Of a DNA stretch of 64,000 nucleotides, positions 28,417-38,159 are shown one piece after another. Source of the stretch: a bacterium. GTDB lineage: Bacteria; Patescibacteriota; Microgenomatia; Levybacterales; UBA12049. The DNA lies in the NCBI GenBank assembly GCA_021791545.1, contig JAJYWL010000016.1:155704-219703 (forward strand). Reading direction: 5' to 3'. Each line of letters begins with the position of its first letter. The first letter of the stretch is position 1. The notes under the pieces are model-generated. The model worked only from the letters and a program-made list of their open reading frames with translations, was not told the origin of the DNA and made no database searches. The position numbers were made by a program, and so were the translations under genes.

Positions 28417-30074
28417 TTATGGAACAACAAGTATCATTAATTCCCTTAGGGGGAGTAACAAATGTAACAAAGAACATGTACCTATATGTCTATGGGAATG
28501 AAATCCTGATAGTCGATTGTGGGTTAGGATTTGCAGATGAAACAATGCTTGGAGTAGATCTACTTCTTCCCGATGTCACTCATCTGGAAGAGCTTCTAAA
28601 ACAGGGTAAAAAAATTGTAGGAATGGCTATTACCCACGGACACGAGGATCATATGGGAGCTCTTCCCTTTATCTTACCTCAGCTTCCACAGTTTCCTATT
28701 TATGCAACTCCCTTAACAGCAGGACTTGCCAACGAGAAACTAAAAGAATTCGGTATAGGACAAAGAGTTAAAGCTGTTGAATTTGGCGGTGGAGAAGTAA
28801 CGCTTGGAAGTTTTAAGATTTCATTTATAAGAGTAACTCATTCGGTTCCCGATACTTCCCACATTTTTATAAAGACTCCTATCGGAAACTTTTATCACGG
28901 TAGTGATTTTAAATTTGACTTAACTCCATATGACGGAAAAAAGGCAGAATTTGAAAAGATAGTTGAGGCCGGAAAACAAGGGATTATTTCCCTTACTTCA
29001 GACTGTCTTGGCGCAGATAGGCAAGGATTTACCGCTTCTGAACAGACATTAAGGTCCGGATTTGAGAATGAGATGTCAAACTGTGTAGGAAAATTTGTGG
29101 TGACTACATATTCCTCAAATATTTCAAGATTAAACCAGATAATAGAAGTTGCGAGAAAGAACGGAAGAAAAATATGTTTTGTTGGAAGATCTCTAAACAA
29201 AGCAAAAGAAGTTGCCCAAAACCTTGGTTACCTAAAGATAGATAAAGGAATGGAGGTCTTTGTAGATCAACTTAAAAATTACAAAGACCAACAGTTGGTA
29301 TTAATAGTTGCCGGAAGTCAGGGTCAAGAAAATTCGGCATTAACAAGAATAGTAGGCGGAGAAAATAGAGACATAAGATTAACTGCAAATGATACGGTCA
29401 TATTTTCTTCTGACCCCATTCCTGGAAATGAAATATCCATAAACTCTCTAATTGACGATATATCTGCAATAGGAGCAAGGGTAATATTTTCAGAAAATTT
29501 TCAGGGTTTCCACGTTTCAGGACACGGTTCTCAAAAAGAATTGATGCTTTTGCTTGAACTTGCAAAGCCAAAAAGAGTAATGCCAATAGGAGGAACTTAC
29601 AGACAAATGGTCGCATATAAAGGTCTTGCTAAGGAATTAGGCTATCAGGATAAAGATATCCTTCTTCCTGAGAACGGACAGGAAATAGTATATACACAAA
29701 ATTCAGCAAACTTTGGAAAGAGAATTAAACTTAAGAATGTTTACGTGGATGAAGTTTCAGGAGAGGAAGTAGAAGGATTTGTCCTAAGAGATAGACAAAA
29801 GATTGCCAAGGAAGGGGTAATCGTTATCCTTGCAGAAATAGATGCTTCAAATGCTCAGGTCGCAGATATAAATGTCATTGTAAGAGGCCTTCCTAATCAG
29901 GAAGCGGAAGAGATTTCTAAAAATCTAAATGGGCAAGTAAGGGGCGCACTTAAAAATGGACCTGTTAAAAACTGGATTTACGTGAGGAAGAGTATAGGCG
30001 ATGCGGCTGAAAAATATTTATTTAAAACCCTTAAGAGAAGGCCACTCGTTCTCCCCGTAGTTATTGAAGTTTAA
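28413..30074 (+). CDS. rnj: Ribonuclease J
   Basis: THGHEDH, THSVPD, DFKFD, GSQGQ, HVSGHG and RRPLVLPVVIEV. Confidence 0.93.
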   Translation: MIMEQQVSLIPLGGVTNVTKNMYLYVYGNEILIVDCGLGFADETMLGVDLLLPDVTHLEELLKQGKKIVGMAITHGHEDHMGALPFILPQLPQFPIYATPLTAGLANEKLKEFGIGQRVKAVEFGGGEVTLGSFKISFIRVTHSVPDTSHIFIKTPIGNFYHGSDFKFDLTPYDGKKAEFEKIVEAGKQGIISLTSDCLGADRQGFTASEQTLRSGFENEMSNCVGKFVVTTYSSNISRLNQIIEVARKNGRKICFVGRSLNKAKEVAQNLGYLKIDKGMEVFVDQLKNYKDQQLVLIVAGSQGQENSALTRIVGGENRDIRLTANDTVIFSSDPIPGNEISINSLIDDISAIGARVIFSENFQGFHVSGHGSQKELMLLLELAKPKRVMPIGGTYRQMVAYKGLAKELGYQDKDILLPENGQEIVYTQNSANFGKRIKLKNVYVDEVSGEEVEGFVLRDRQKIAKEGVIVILAEIDASNAQVADINVIVRGLPNQEAEEISKNLNGQVRGALKNGPVKNWIYVRKSIGDAAEKYLFKTLKRRPLVLPVVIEV

Positions 30075-30421
30075 TTATAGTCTGTATATTTATTGTGTTT
30101 GCCTTTTGATTTATCAACCGGATACTTTTTTTCATTTTTAACCATCTTCTTTTTAAAAGCTTTTTTAATATCGATATTTAATTTATTGCTTAAAAGTAAA
30201 ACCCAATATAGTGTATCTGCCAATTCTTCTCCCATTTCATCTTTTTTATTTTTAACATGTTCCTTAATCTCTTCCTCATTTTTCCATTGGAAATGTTCCA
30301 GTACTTCCGAAGCCTCAAGTTGTAGCGAAATAGCAAGGTCCTTGGGGTTATGGAATTGGTCCCAATCTCTTGCTTTTATGTGTTTTACTATTATGTCTGT
30401 TAGCTCTTTTATGTCTGACAC
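30071..30421 (-). CDS. MazG-like nucleotide pyrophosphohydrolase
   Basis: RDWDQFHNPKDLA..EASEVLE.FQW, EELAD and KNEKKYP. Confidence 0.92.
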   Translation of the reverse strand: MSDIKELTDIIVKHIKARDWDQFHNPKDLAISLQLEASEVLEHFQWKNEEEIKEHVKNKKDEMGEELADTLYWVLLLSNKLNIDIKKAFKKKMVKNEKKYPVDKSKGKHNKYTDYN

Positions 30422-30511
30422 AAAAGGATTATAAACCTAAGTAAAATCAAAAACAATATTGGGTCCTATCTGGTTTTAGAAGCTTTTAAAATTGTCCGTC
30501 TTTTCCTGTTG

Positions 30512-31105
30512 TTATTGGGGTTTGGATTCATTTGTAGAATTAGTAGCCGGAGGATTAACCTGCTCTTCCCGTCCGGATACTTCTTTGGGTTTTAAAGGAG
30601 TAATTTTAGCTCCCAGAGCTTCCCATAATTCGTATAGTAGATCTGTTGCCTTAGCTTGAAGAGTAGCTGGTGCAACCGTTGCAACTTGGGCTGCATATTT
30701 TTCTGCTCCTGCTCTTATTAAAGCTTTTCTCATTGCTTCAGCATTTACAACAGAGGGTAAAAGTAATTTGTATTGTTCACCATTTACTCCGTAAAATGTC
30801 ATTCTTCTGGTTAATTTTTCTTCTGATTGAGCTATCTCTTTTTGGGGTTGTTGTGTAGTTTCTGGCTCTTTTTGGGGTTGTTTTGTAGTTTCTGGCTCTT
30901 TTTGGGGTTGTTTTGTAGTTTCTGGCTCTGGTTGGGGTTGTTTTGTAGTTTCTGGCTCTGGTTGGGGTTGTTTTGTAGTTTCTGGCTCTGGTTGGGGTTG
31001 TTGTGTAGTTTCTGGCTCTGGTTGGGTTTGTTGTATTACAACTTCTTGGGGTTTGGGTGCAATTTCATTTTGTGGGGCAGAAAATTCTCCCGACTGTTCG
31101 CTCAT
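30512..31105 (-). CDS. Hypothetical protein with 10-aa tandem repeat
   Basis: ORF with repeated QPEPETTKQP; TATCAT 6 nt before the ATG. Confidence 0.75.
   Translation of the reverse strand: MSEQSGEFSAPQNEIAPKPQEVVIQQTQPEPETTQQPQPEPETTKQPQPEPETTKQPQPEPETTKQPQKEPETTKQPQKEPETTQQPQKEIAQSEEKLTRRMTFYGVNGEQYKLLLPSVVNAEAMRKALIRAGAEKYAAQVATVAPATLQAKATDLLYELWEALGAKITPLKPKEVSGREEQVNPPATNSTNESKPQ
30836..31034. repeat. 30-bp tandem repeat, about 6.5 copies
   Basis: Unit (g/t)ttggggttgtt(t/g)tgtagtttctggctct(g/t); six full copies at 30841-31020. Confidence 0.95.
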
Positions 31106-31185
31106 AAGTCTATGATATTAAGAACTTTTTGAAAAGTCAAATTATAAACTTGAGATAGCTTCATAAACTGTCTATAATAGGGTGT

Positions 31186-33312
31186 ATGCCCAGACGTAAG
31201 CATTACCGAAAGAGTAAATTTAAGCTAAAACTCAAGAAAAATACGGTATACTCCATATTCGCTTTTATTCTTTTTGTCTCTGGTATCTTAGGTCTTCTTT
31301 CATTCTCAAGAAATGGAGAGTCATTTATAAAAATAAACGATCTCATTTCAGGATATTTCGGAATGTCTTCATTTCTTTTTCCCTTACTCTTAATATTCAT
31401 CGCCTTTTTCTTTTTAAGGCTTAAAATGTTTATCTCAAAAGCAAATGTTTCTGCCGGTTTCTTGGTTTTCTTCATCTCTTTTGACGCTCTTGTAAAAGGA
31501 GGAGCGGCCGGAGCATATTTCTTTCAGGTTTTAGCTGACGTAATAACACCTATAGGCGCAGGGTTGGTATATTTTGCGGGAGTACTGATAGGTCTTATCG
31601 TTTTCTTTGATACATCCGTTGATCAGATATTTGAAGGACTGACACATATAGGCGATGTCATAGAAAGACTTGTTCCAAATAAAGCTCTTTCATTCTTCAA
31701 GAATAAAGAAATTCCTTCTATGTCGAATAAACAAATGACAATAAAAGGAATGAATCAGGATAAAGATTTACCAATGAGAGAAGTACAAATTAATGCAGGA
31801 AAACCGATCCAGAAAGAAACTCCATTAATTTCGGAGAAATTGGTAGTAAATACTTTAGGAAAGAGCGATATTTGGCAGTATCCACCTTTGGATTTACTTT
31901 CTGATGAATCTTCTCAAAAAGCAGACAGGGGAGATGTCAAAAAGATTGCATCCATTATCGAAAGAACTCTTTCAAGTTTCAGTATCGGAGCAAAAGTTGT
32001 AGAAGTAAATCTTGGTCCTGCTGTTACCCAATATGCTTTGGAAATTCCTCTTGGAACCAAGGTTTCAAAAATAACATCTCTTTCGAATGATTTGGCTTTG
32101 GCAACAGAAGCTCCTACGGGACAAATAAGAATCGAGGCACCTATTCCGGGAAGAAATCTTGTGGGAATAGAAATTCCTAATAGATCCCTGGAAGTAGTAA
32201 CACTAAGAACAATGCTTTCCTCGGATACTCTGAGAAAATCTAAATCCAAACTTGCAGTTTCGATGGGGCTCGATGTCTCGGGAGACCCTATTGTCGCCGA
32301 CATAGGTAAGATGCCACACGTTCTTATAGCAGGAACCACAGGCTCTGGAAAATCAGTTCTTGTTAACTCGTTTATCTCATCTCTTCTTTTCAGGGCATCA
32401 CCCGACGAGGTAAAACTTATACTCATAGATCCTAAGAGAGTAGAGTTAACAGGTTATAACGGAATCCCTCATCTTATGACTCCAGTAATAGTTGAGGTTG
32501 ACAAGATTTTGGCATCACTTAGATGGGGAATGGGAGAGATGGATAGAAGATATAAGTTGTTTGCGGAAAGAGGAGTAAGAAATATTGATTCATTCAATGA
32601 ATTATCGGGTTTCCAGGCTCTTCCGTATATCGTCATATTCATAGACGAGTTGGCAGACCTTATGTCTTACGCTCCTGTTGAAGTTGAAGACGCCATAGCA
32701 AGACTTGCTCAGATGGCAAGGGCAACAGGAATACATTTGGTAATCGCAACACAAAGACCTTCCGTAGACGTTATTACCGGACTTATTAAGGCAAACGTTC
32801 CTTGTAGAATTGCTTTTAATGTATCTTCAATGATCGACTCAAGAGTAATCATAGATATGCCGGGAGCAGAAAAACTTTTGGGAAGAGGAGACATGTTATA
32901 TATTCCTCCGGATCAGGCAAAGCCAACTCGTATTCAGGGAGCATTTGTTTCAGAAAAAGAAGTAAAGAAGTTGGTAGACTTCTTAAGAGAGAAAAATCCT
33001 CCTGTAGAGTATACGGAAGAAGTAACAGCGGAATCGTTAATGCTTAAAACTAAAGCCGGAGGACCGTCTATGGGAGGAGACGGCAGGGATCCGCTGTTTG
33101 CAGACGCGATAAGGATAATCTGCGAGCATGATAAAGCATCGGCGTCTCTTCTTCAAAGAAGACTCTCCGTGGGTTATTCAAGAGCAGCAAGAATTTTAGA
33201 TCAGTTGGAGAGTGAGGGTGTTGTAGGAAGGGCTGAGGGATCAAAGCCCAGAGATGTACTTATTAGAAATGCGGATGAATTTCTTGCAAACCTCGATCAA
33301 CCCTCAGAATAA
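31186..33312 (+). CDS. ftsK: DNA translocase FtsK/SpoIIIE
   Basis: N-terminal TM helices, MPHVLIAGTTGSGKSV, IDELAD, ATQRPSVDVITG and a gamma domain. Confidence 0.97.
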   Translation: MPRRKHYRKSKFKLKLKKNTVYSIFAFILFVSGILGLLSFSRNGESFIKINDLISGYFGMSSFLFPLLLIFIAFFFLRLKMFISKANVSAGFLVFFISFDALVKGGAAGAYFFQVLADVITPIGAGLVYFAGVLIGLIVFFDTSVDQIFEGLTHIGDVIERLVPNKALSFFKNKEIPSMSNKQMTIKGMNQDKDLPMREVQINAGKPIQKETPLISEKLVVNTLGKSDIWQYPPLDLLSDESSQKADRGDVKKIASIIERTLSSFSIGAKVVEVNLGPAVTQYALEIPLGTKVSKITSLSNDLALATEAPTGQIRIEAPIPGRNLVGIEIPNRSLEVVTLRTMLSSDTLRKSKSKLAVSMGLDVSGDPIVADIGKMPHVLIAGTTGSGKSVLVNSFISSLLFRASPDEVKLILIDPKRVELTGYNGIPHLMTPVIVEVDKILASLRWGMGEMDRRYKLFAERGVRNIDSFNELSGFQALPYIVIFIDELADLMSYAPVEVEDAIARLAQMARATGIHLVIATQRPSVDVITGLIKANVPCRIAFNVSSMIDSRVIIDMPGAEKLLGRGDMLYIPPDQAKPTRIQGAFVSEKEVKKLVDFLREKNPPVEYTEEVTAESLMLKTKAGGPSMGGDGRDPLFADAIRIICEHDKASASLLQRRLSVGYSRAARILDQLESEGVVGRAEGSKPRDVLIRNADEFLANLDQPSE

Positions 33313-33314
33313 TT

Positions 33315-33956
33315 ATGATTAAACTAGGGCAAAGACTTTCGGAAGAAAGGATTAGGAAAGGCCTTTCTCTAAAGGAAATATCCGAAGCAACAAAAATAAG
33401 GGAATCTTTTCTTGCGGCAATAGAAAAGGGAGATTATCAAAGACTTCCTTCTGTTTCCTATGTCCAAGGGTTTGTAAGAAACTACGCTAAATATCTCGAG
33501 CTTCCTGAAAACGAGATAATGGCTCTTTTTAGAAGAGAATTTGACGAGGAAAAAGTTTTTAAGGTCTTGCCCCAGGGCCTTCCGAAGGAAGAGGAGATAT
33601 CTCTTTCAACTTTTAGGGTTAAACAGACGATTATAATGATAGGAATTGTAATCGTAGTCATTTTTTCATATATACTTTTCCAATATAGGTACGCTTTCAT
33701 AGCTCCTCCGTTAGACGTCTCATATCCTAAAGAAATGCAGGTCGTCTCAGACCAGACAATAACGCTATTGGGAAAAACAGACCCTAATGCAACGGTTTAT
33801 GTAGATAAGGAAGCGGTTTCGGTTGATACAAACGGCAACTTTACTAAAACATTAAGCCTTTTTCCCGGTAAGACAACCATTACTATAAAAGTAATAAATA
33901 AATTCGGCAAACAAACGACACTTGAGCGTAACATAATGGTAAAACCTAGCTCTTGA
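33315..33956 (+). CDS. RodZ-like HTH membrane protein with C-terminal Ig-like domain
   Basis: LG..L...R...GLSL.EIS..TKIR..FL.AIE.G and GFVRNYA; TM helix; follows ftsK. Confidence 0.85.
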   Translation: MIKLGQRLSEERIRKGLSLKEISEATKIRESFLAAIEKGDYQRLPSVSYVQGFVRNYAKYLELPENEIMALFRREFDEEKVFKVLPQGLPKEEEISLSTFRVKQTIIMIGIVIVVIFSYILFQYRYAFIAPPLDVSYPKEMQVVSDQTITLLGKTDPNATVYVDKEAVSVDTNGNFTKTLSLFPGKTTITIKVINKFGKQTTLERNIMVKPSS

Positions 33957-33988
33957 CACAAATAGGGAATTAATATAAGTTATAGAGT

Positions 33989-34252
33989 ATGACAGATCCT
34001 GCCCAAACAGCATTGTTTTTGGTAATAATTGCATTGACAATTCTTCTTATTGTCCTCGGTATTCAAGTCTTCTTCATTTTAAGAGAACTACGAAAAACTG
34101 TAGAAAAAGCAAACAAGGTTTTGGAAGATACAGGAGTAATAACAGAGAGTGTTTCCAAGCCAATAGCAAACATTTCTTCATTAACAACTGGTTTAAAAGC
34201 GGGAGCTTTGATTGCAAACCTTCTGAAGAAATCAAAAGGAAAGGATAAATAA
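33989..34252 (+). CDS. Small membrane coiled-coil protein (DUF948-like)
   Basis: TM helix plus amphipathic helix; paired with the YtxH-like gene. Confidence 0.6.
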   Translation: MTDPAQTALFLVIIALTILLIVLGIQVFFILRELRKTVEKANKVLEDTGVITESVSKPIANISSLTTGLKAGALIANLLKKSKGKDK

Positions 34253-34254
34253 TC

Positions 34255-34572
34255 ATGAACGAAGGACGAGGCGGAGGAGGATTTTCTAACGGATTTATGT
34301 TGGGCCTTATCGTAGGCGCAGCATTGGTATTTTTGTTAGGCACAAAAACAGGTAAAAACCTCTTAAAGACAATATCGGAAGAGGGGGTAGAGGGAATAAA
34401 CGAGCTTCTAGAAGAATATGATATAGCAAGCATAGAAGAGGATGAACCATTAGAGGAAGAAGAAAAAGTAGTACATAAAACTAATCACCAAGAAGAAGGT
34501 CCTGTAGAAGTAGAAGAAGAAACTGTAAGTAAATCTCCAAAAAGAAGATTCTTCAGAAGAGTAAGAAGGTAA
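34255..34572 (+). CDS. YtxH-like protein
   Basis: GFMLGLIVGAALVFLL..KTGK motif. Confidence 0.7.
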   Translation: MNEGRGGGGFSNGFMLGLIVGAALVFLLGTKTGKNLLKTISEEGVEGINELLEEYDIASIEEDEPLEEEEKVVHKTNHQEEGPVEVEEETVSKSPKRRFFRRVRR

Positions 34573-34626
34573 TCCTCTTAGTCCTATAGCTTGAGTTTTG
34601 ATTTAAGTTTTGTTATAATCCCCTCC

Positions 34627-35028
34627 ATGAACGAAAGTGAAAGAAGACTTCTTGAAGCAGATGCCCAAAGAAGAATGCCTACAGGAGAAACCGAAAGACC
34701 TAGAGCTTTGGGTAGTATTAGTAAGGTAATCTTTGATGTAGCTCATGGAACAGATGTTCGTGATGCAATAAGAGAAGGTGTAGATTTTTCCACAAGAACC
34801 TTTGGCATTAGGGCCGCATTTGAATTTAATGGAGTAAATATTACAGTGGATTATGCTTCAAACCCAGATTTAATAGTTAGAGATTATCATAGAGCACTTA
34901 ACGGTTTTGTTAAGGGTGAGGTAGGACCTTTTTCAAAAGAAAAATTGCCTATTAAAACATTGGAAAGAGAAGCTAGAATTCTAGAAGAAAGAGAAAGAGA
35001 TTTGTTAGGAAAAACCCCCGAAGCTTAA
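34627..35028 (+). CDS. Hypothetical protein
   Basis: Start at ATG 34627 (TATAAT 7 nt upstream). Confidence 0.65.
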   Translation: MNESERRLLEADAQRRMPTGETERPRALGSISKVIFDVAHGTDVRDAIREGVDFSTRTFGIRAAFEFNGVNITVDYASNPDLIVRDYHRALNGFVKGEVGPFSKEKLPIKTLEREARILEERERDLLGKTPEA

Positions 35029-36030
35029 TTAAAGATAGCTTTTAATATTCTGGTTATGTCCCTCTAAAGTTGCAGAGAAATGTAGATGCCCCTTACTATC
35101 TGAAACATAGTATACATAATTTGTGTTAGCAGGTTTTAATGCAGCTTCTATAGCAGAAAGTCCAGGATTTGAAATTGGAGTAGGGGGAAGTCCTGTATTC
35201 TCATAAGTATTATAATTTGACGCTATCTTGAGATCATCCATGGTTAAATCTTTTTTCCACCAGGTTTTTGCTTCGGGTTGATAACCTAATGCGTACTGTA
35301 CTGTTGCGTCAATTTGAAGTGCCATTCCGTCATTTAATCTATTCATAATAACGGATGCAACCAAAGGTCTGTCGCTTGCAAATTTAGCTTCTCTCTCTAT
35401 TAGAGAAGCCAGTATTATTGTCTGTTGGTCGGAAAGAGCAGTTGTTTTTGTTCCTTTCACAGATTCATATTTTTTTTCAAAGTTGCCTTTAAAAAGGGAA
35501 AGGATAGTATTTATATCTGCCTCTCTTGGAATAAGATAAGTGTCGGGGAAAAGATAACCTTCATTTTCTTCAAGAACTGTTTTCCACGAATCTTCATATT
35601 TAGGCATTTTTTCTTTAAGAGTTTGTGCTATCTCATCGGCTCTTTGTCCTTCGGGAATTGTTACCCATATATCAAGCATTCCATGTGTAAGGCTTGATGC
35701 TATTTCGGATGCGCTCATACTTCTACTTATTCTAAAATCTCCTGCTTGTAACTGCTTATCTACTCCGCTAAGTCTTGTGTAGAGAAAGAATACGATGGGG
35801 TCGTTTATAAGTTTTTCTGCCATGAGTCTATTTGCAATTTCTCTTACTCCTTCACCATTATTTACAACAAAGATGACAGAACTTTTATCGTTTGGATTTG
35901 CAGGTGCAAGTCCTCTTTGCCACCATAAAACTCCAGTCATTATTATAAGAACCAAAAGGATAGCTACTGCAGTGAGTCTTCTCATTACCGCTTTTTTCGT
36001 TTCTGACCCCATTTTTAATAGTCGGATCAT
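35029..36030 (-). CDS. mltG: Endolytic transglycosylase MltG
   Basis: TIPEG, EGYLFPDTY, ASLIERE, LQIDAT and GLPPTPISNPG. Confidence 0.95.
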   Translation of the reverse strand: MIRLLKMGSETKKAVMRRLTAVAILLVLIIMTGVLWWQRGLAPANPNDKSSVIFVVNNGEGVREIANRLMAEKLINDPIVFFLYTRLSGVDKQLQAGDFRISRSMSASEIASSLTHGMLDIWVTIPEGQRADEIAQTLKEKMPKYEDSWKTVLEENEGYLFPDTYLIPREADINTILSLFKGNFEKKYESVKGTKTTALSDQQTIILASLIEREAKFASDRPLVASVIMNRLNDGMALQIDATVQYALGYQPEAKTWWKKDLTMDDLKIASNYNTYENTGLPPTPISNPGLSAIEAALKPANTNYVYYVSDSKGHLHFSATLEGHNQNIKSYL

Positions 36031-37301
36031 TCTATTTTGAACATTGGAAAGTTCTCCAGGGAGTCCTTTCCTTCTTTTAGATTATACACGTTTTCGCTAA
36101 AAAGGGTACATAAAGTTTCATCCTTGACTACCTTATCTCCTGTTTTTCTGTTTAAGTATATTCCTGCTCCTTTTTGTCTGGGAGCACCGAGTATTTTTGC
36201 AATTGCTGTTATATTCTTACTGTCAATTTCCTTAACTGTCCCGTTCTTGGTAGATTTAACATGAAATTCATGCTTTCCGATCTTAAGTTTCTCGCTATCT
36301 AGATTAGGGTTTCCTCCCTGGGCTTCTACTATCTCTTTAAGCTTTTCGAATGCTTTGCCGCTTCTTAGTATATATGTAGCCCATCCAAAAGCATTTCCAT
36401 ATGTTTCTTTTATTTCTTTCTGTAGTTTTTTAGGACTATCTTCGAGACAAATACCCAAAAGTGTACTTGCTAAATTTAAGCTTCTTACTTCCAAATCTAA
36501 GGGTCTATTCTTTGTTTGTTGTAAAACACGAAGAGCCTCTCTTATTTCAAGGGCCGGTCCGATACCTCTTCCTGCTGGTTCATCTGTTTTATGAATTAAG
36601 ACTTTTAATTTTACTTTGAATCTTTTTGCCAAGTGTTCAAATTTTCTTGCTAAAGCCTGAGCGTCCTTAAGGTTATGTACTTTTACTGTTTTTCCGTAGG
36701 GAAGGTCTATGACTACATGATTGGAGCCAAAAGCAATTTTCTTTGCCATTATGGAGACAAGGATCTTATCGTAGCTTTCAAAAAGAAGAGGTTTTTCTAC
36801 CTGGATTATTATGTCGTCTGCAGGAGCAAGATTAAAACTTCCTCCCCAGACAATGCACCCGTTTGTTTTTTTAACCGTTTTATATATTTCATCTTTTGTA
36901 AGATCGACAGGTGCTATTACTTCCATATCGTCTGCTGTACCGTCGGGAGTTGTTATTGCTCTTGAAGAACTCTTTGGAATCTTAAAACCGGCTGCTGCGA
37001 CGATAGATACGACTATGGGAGTCGTCCTTGTTCCGGGAACTCCTCCTATAGAATGCTTATCTGCAACGATTCCCTCAAACTTCAGCTGTTCTCCTGTTTC
37101 AACCATTGCCTTTGTCAGGTAGTAAAGTTCGTCTTCCGTAAATCCTTTTGAATAGCCGGAAGCTGCAAAATATGTGGTCAAGATATCATCAAATTTTTCT
37201 TTAGAAATCTGATCCATTACCGCATAGATTTCTTTATATGTTAAGTGTTTTCCTAAAAGTTTTCTTCTTACGGCATTTAATGCCAGAGTTTTTTCTTCCA
37301 T
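36027..37301 (-). CDS. AMP phosphorylase-like (thymidine phosphorylase family)
   Basis: DKHSIGGVPG, KSSSRAIT..GTAD.MEV, LAPADD, SIMAKK and GIGPALE. Confidence 0.85.
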   Translation of the reverse strand: MEEKTLALNAVRRKLLGKHLTYKEIYAVMDQISKEKFDDILTTYFAASGYSKGFTEDELYYLTKAMVETGEQLKFEGIVADKHSIGGVPGTRTTPIVVSIVAAAGFKIPKSSSRAITTPDGTADDMEVIAPVDLTKDEIYKTVKKTNGCIVWGGSFNLAPADDIIIQVEKPLLFESYDKILVSIMAKKIAFGSNHVVIDLPYGKTVKVHNLKDAQALARKFEHLAKRFKVKLKVLIHKTDEPAGRGIGPALEIREALRVLQQTKNRPLDLEVRSLNLASTLLGICLEDSPKKLQKEIKETYGNAFGWATYILRSGKAFEKLKEIVEAQGGNPNLDSEKLKIGKHEFHVKSTKNGTVKEIDSKNITAIAKILGAPRQKGAGIYLNRKTGDKVVKDETLCTLFSENVYNLKEGKDSLENFPMFKIE

Positions 37302-37305
37302 ATAT

Positions 37306-37434
37306 TTATCGTATTTGAGAAAGTGCTATTTTAAAAGCTCCTCTTAGTACAGATTTTAAAAAGTATAAAGTTTTATTTACAAACCTGTAAATAAAGGGCC
37401 ATATTTCCATCAATAATATTTTTGCTCTTTCCAT
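37306..37434 (-). CDS. Small 42-aa amphipathic protein
   Basis: ATG overlaps the sortase stop (TAATG); MERAKILLMEIWPFIYRF... Confidence 0.6.
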   Translation of the reverse strand: MERAKILLMEIWPFIYRFVNKTLYFLKSVLRGAFKIALSQIR

Positions 37435-38159
37435 TAATTTGTCTCCAGTCTTGATCTTATTACAAGTCTTTTCCAGATAGTTCCGGGAGGCGTACATGTA
37501 ATAAGGGTCAGGAAGCTGTCTGTATAGTTTTGTTCCAGGACACTTGTATTGGCGGGATCTACAACTGTTATATTTTCGATTTTATATTTATATGTTGCTC
37601 CCTGTATGTTTACCAGGATTTCATCTCCTACATTTAATTTATATGCATCGGCAAAAATAGTTTTGTAGTCTTTTTGACTGAAAAGCCAAGGCAGAGTAGA
37701 GTGTCCGAAAATAACTGTATTTCCTTTCTCGGGTGGAACTGCCGTTCCCTGGTAATTTACTAAATGTTTTGCCAAATCATAATCTTGAGTACTGACGGTA
37801 GCATTGGTGATATCAAGTTTAGGAATAGAGATAGTATATGAAGCTATCTTTACAGGATTAGTGCTCTGGCTTTTGTATCCGGGAAACCAGTTTTGTGCAT
37901 TAGTATAATCTATTCCCGAGATTCCCTGAGAAGCTTGTTCAACCATGCTTTCTAAAAATGAAGTGTCGACTATAGAAACTTTGGGAATTGGTGCAGTTAT
38001 TTCTTGATTCGCAAACGCAGGAGCGAAAAATATTTGCCAGAAAATCAAAGGAAAGAATATATAGGCACAGATGATTAATCCTGAAATAAACATTATTCCA
38101 CTAAGAATTTTTAAGTTTCTTTTTTTATTTAAACTATTTTTCTTGTAATAATATTTCAT
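37434..38159 (-). CDS. Sortase
   Basis: N-terminal TM; ISIPKL, IFGHS (His), LTLITC (Cys) and KRL (Arg). Confidence 0.92.
   Translation of the reverse strand: MKYYYKKNSLNKKRNLKILSGIMFISGLIICAYIFFPLIFWQIFFAPAFANQEITAPIPKVSIVDTSFLESMVEQASQGISGIDYTNAQNWFPGYKSQSTNPVKIASYTISIPKLDITNATVSTQDYDLAKHLVNYQGTAVPPEKGNTVIFGHSTLPWLFSQKDYKTIFADAYKLNVGDEILVNIQGATYKYKIENITVVDPANTSVLEQNYTDSFLTLITCTPPGTIWKRLVIRSRLETN

Noticed and set aside
30836-31034. 30-bp repeats as a CRISPR array
   Set aside because: The units are contiguous with no spacers, lie in frame within an ORF, and no cas genes are present
30827-31132. Repetitive hydrophobic ORF (FWLWLGLFCS)n on the + strand
   Set aside because: Antisense shadow of the minisatellite; the minus-strand ORF has the promoter and extends beyond the repeat
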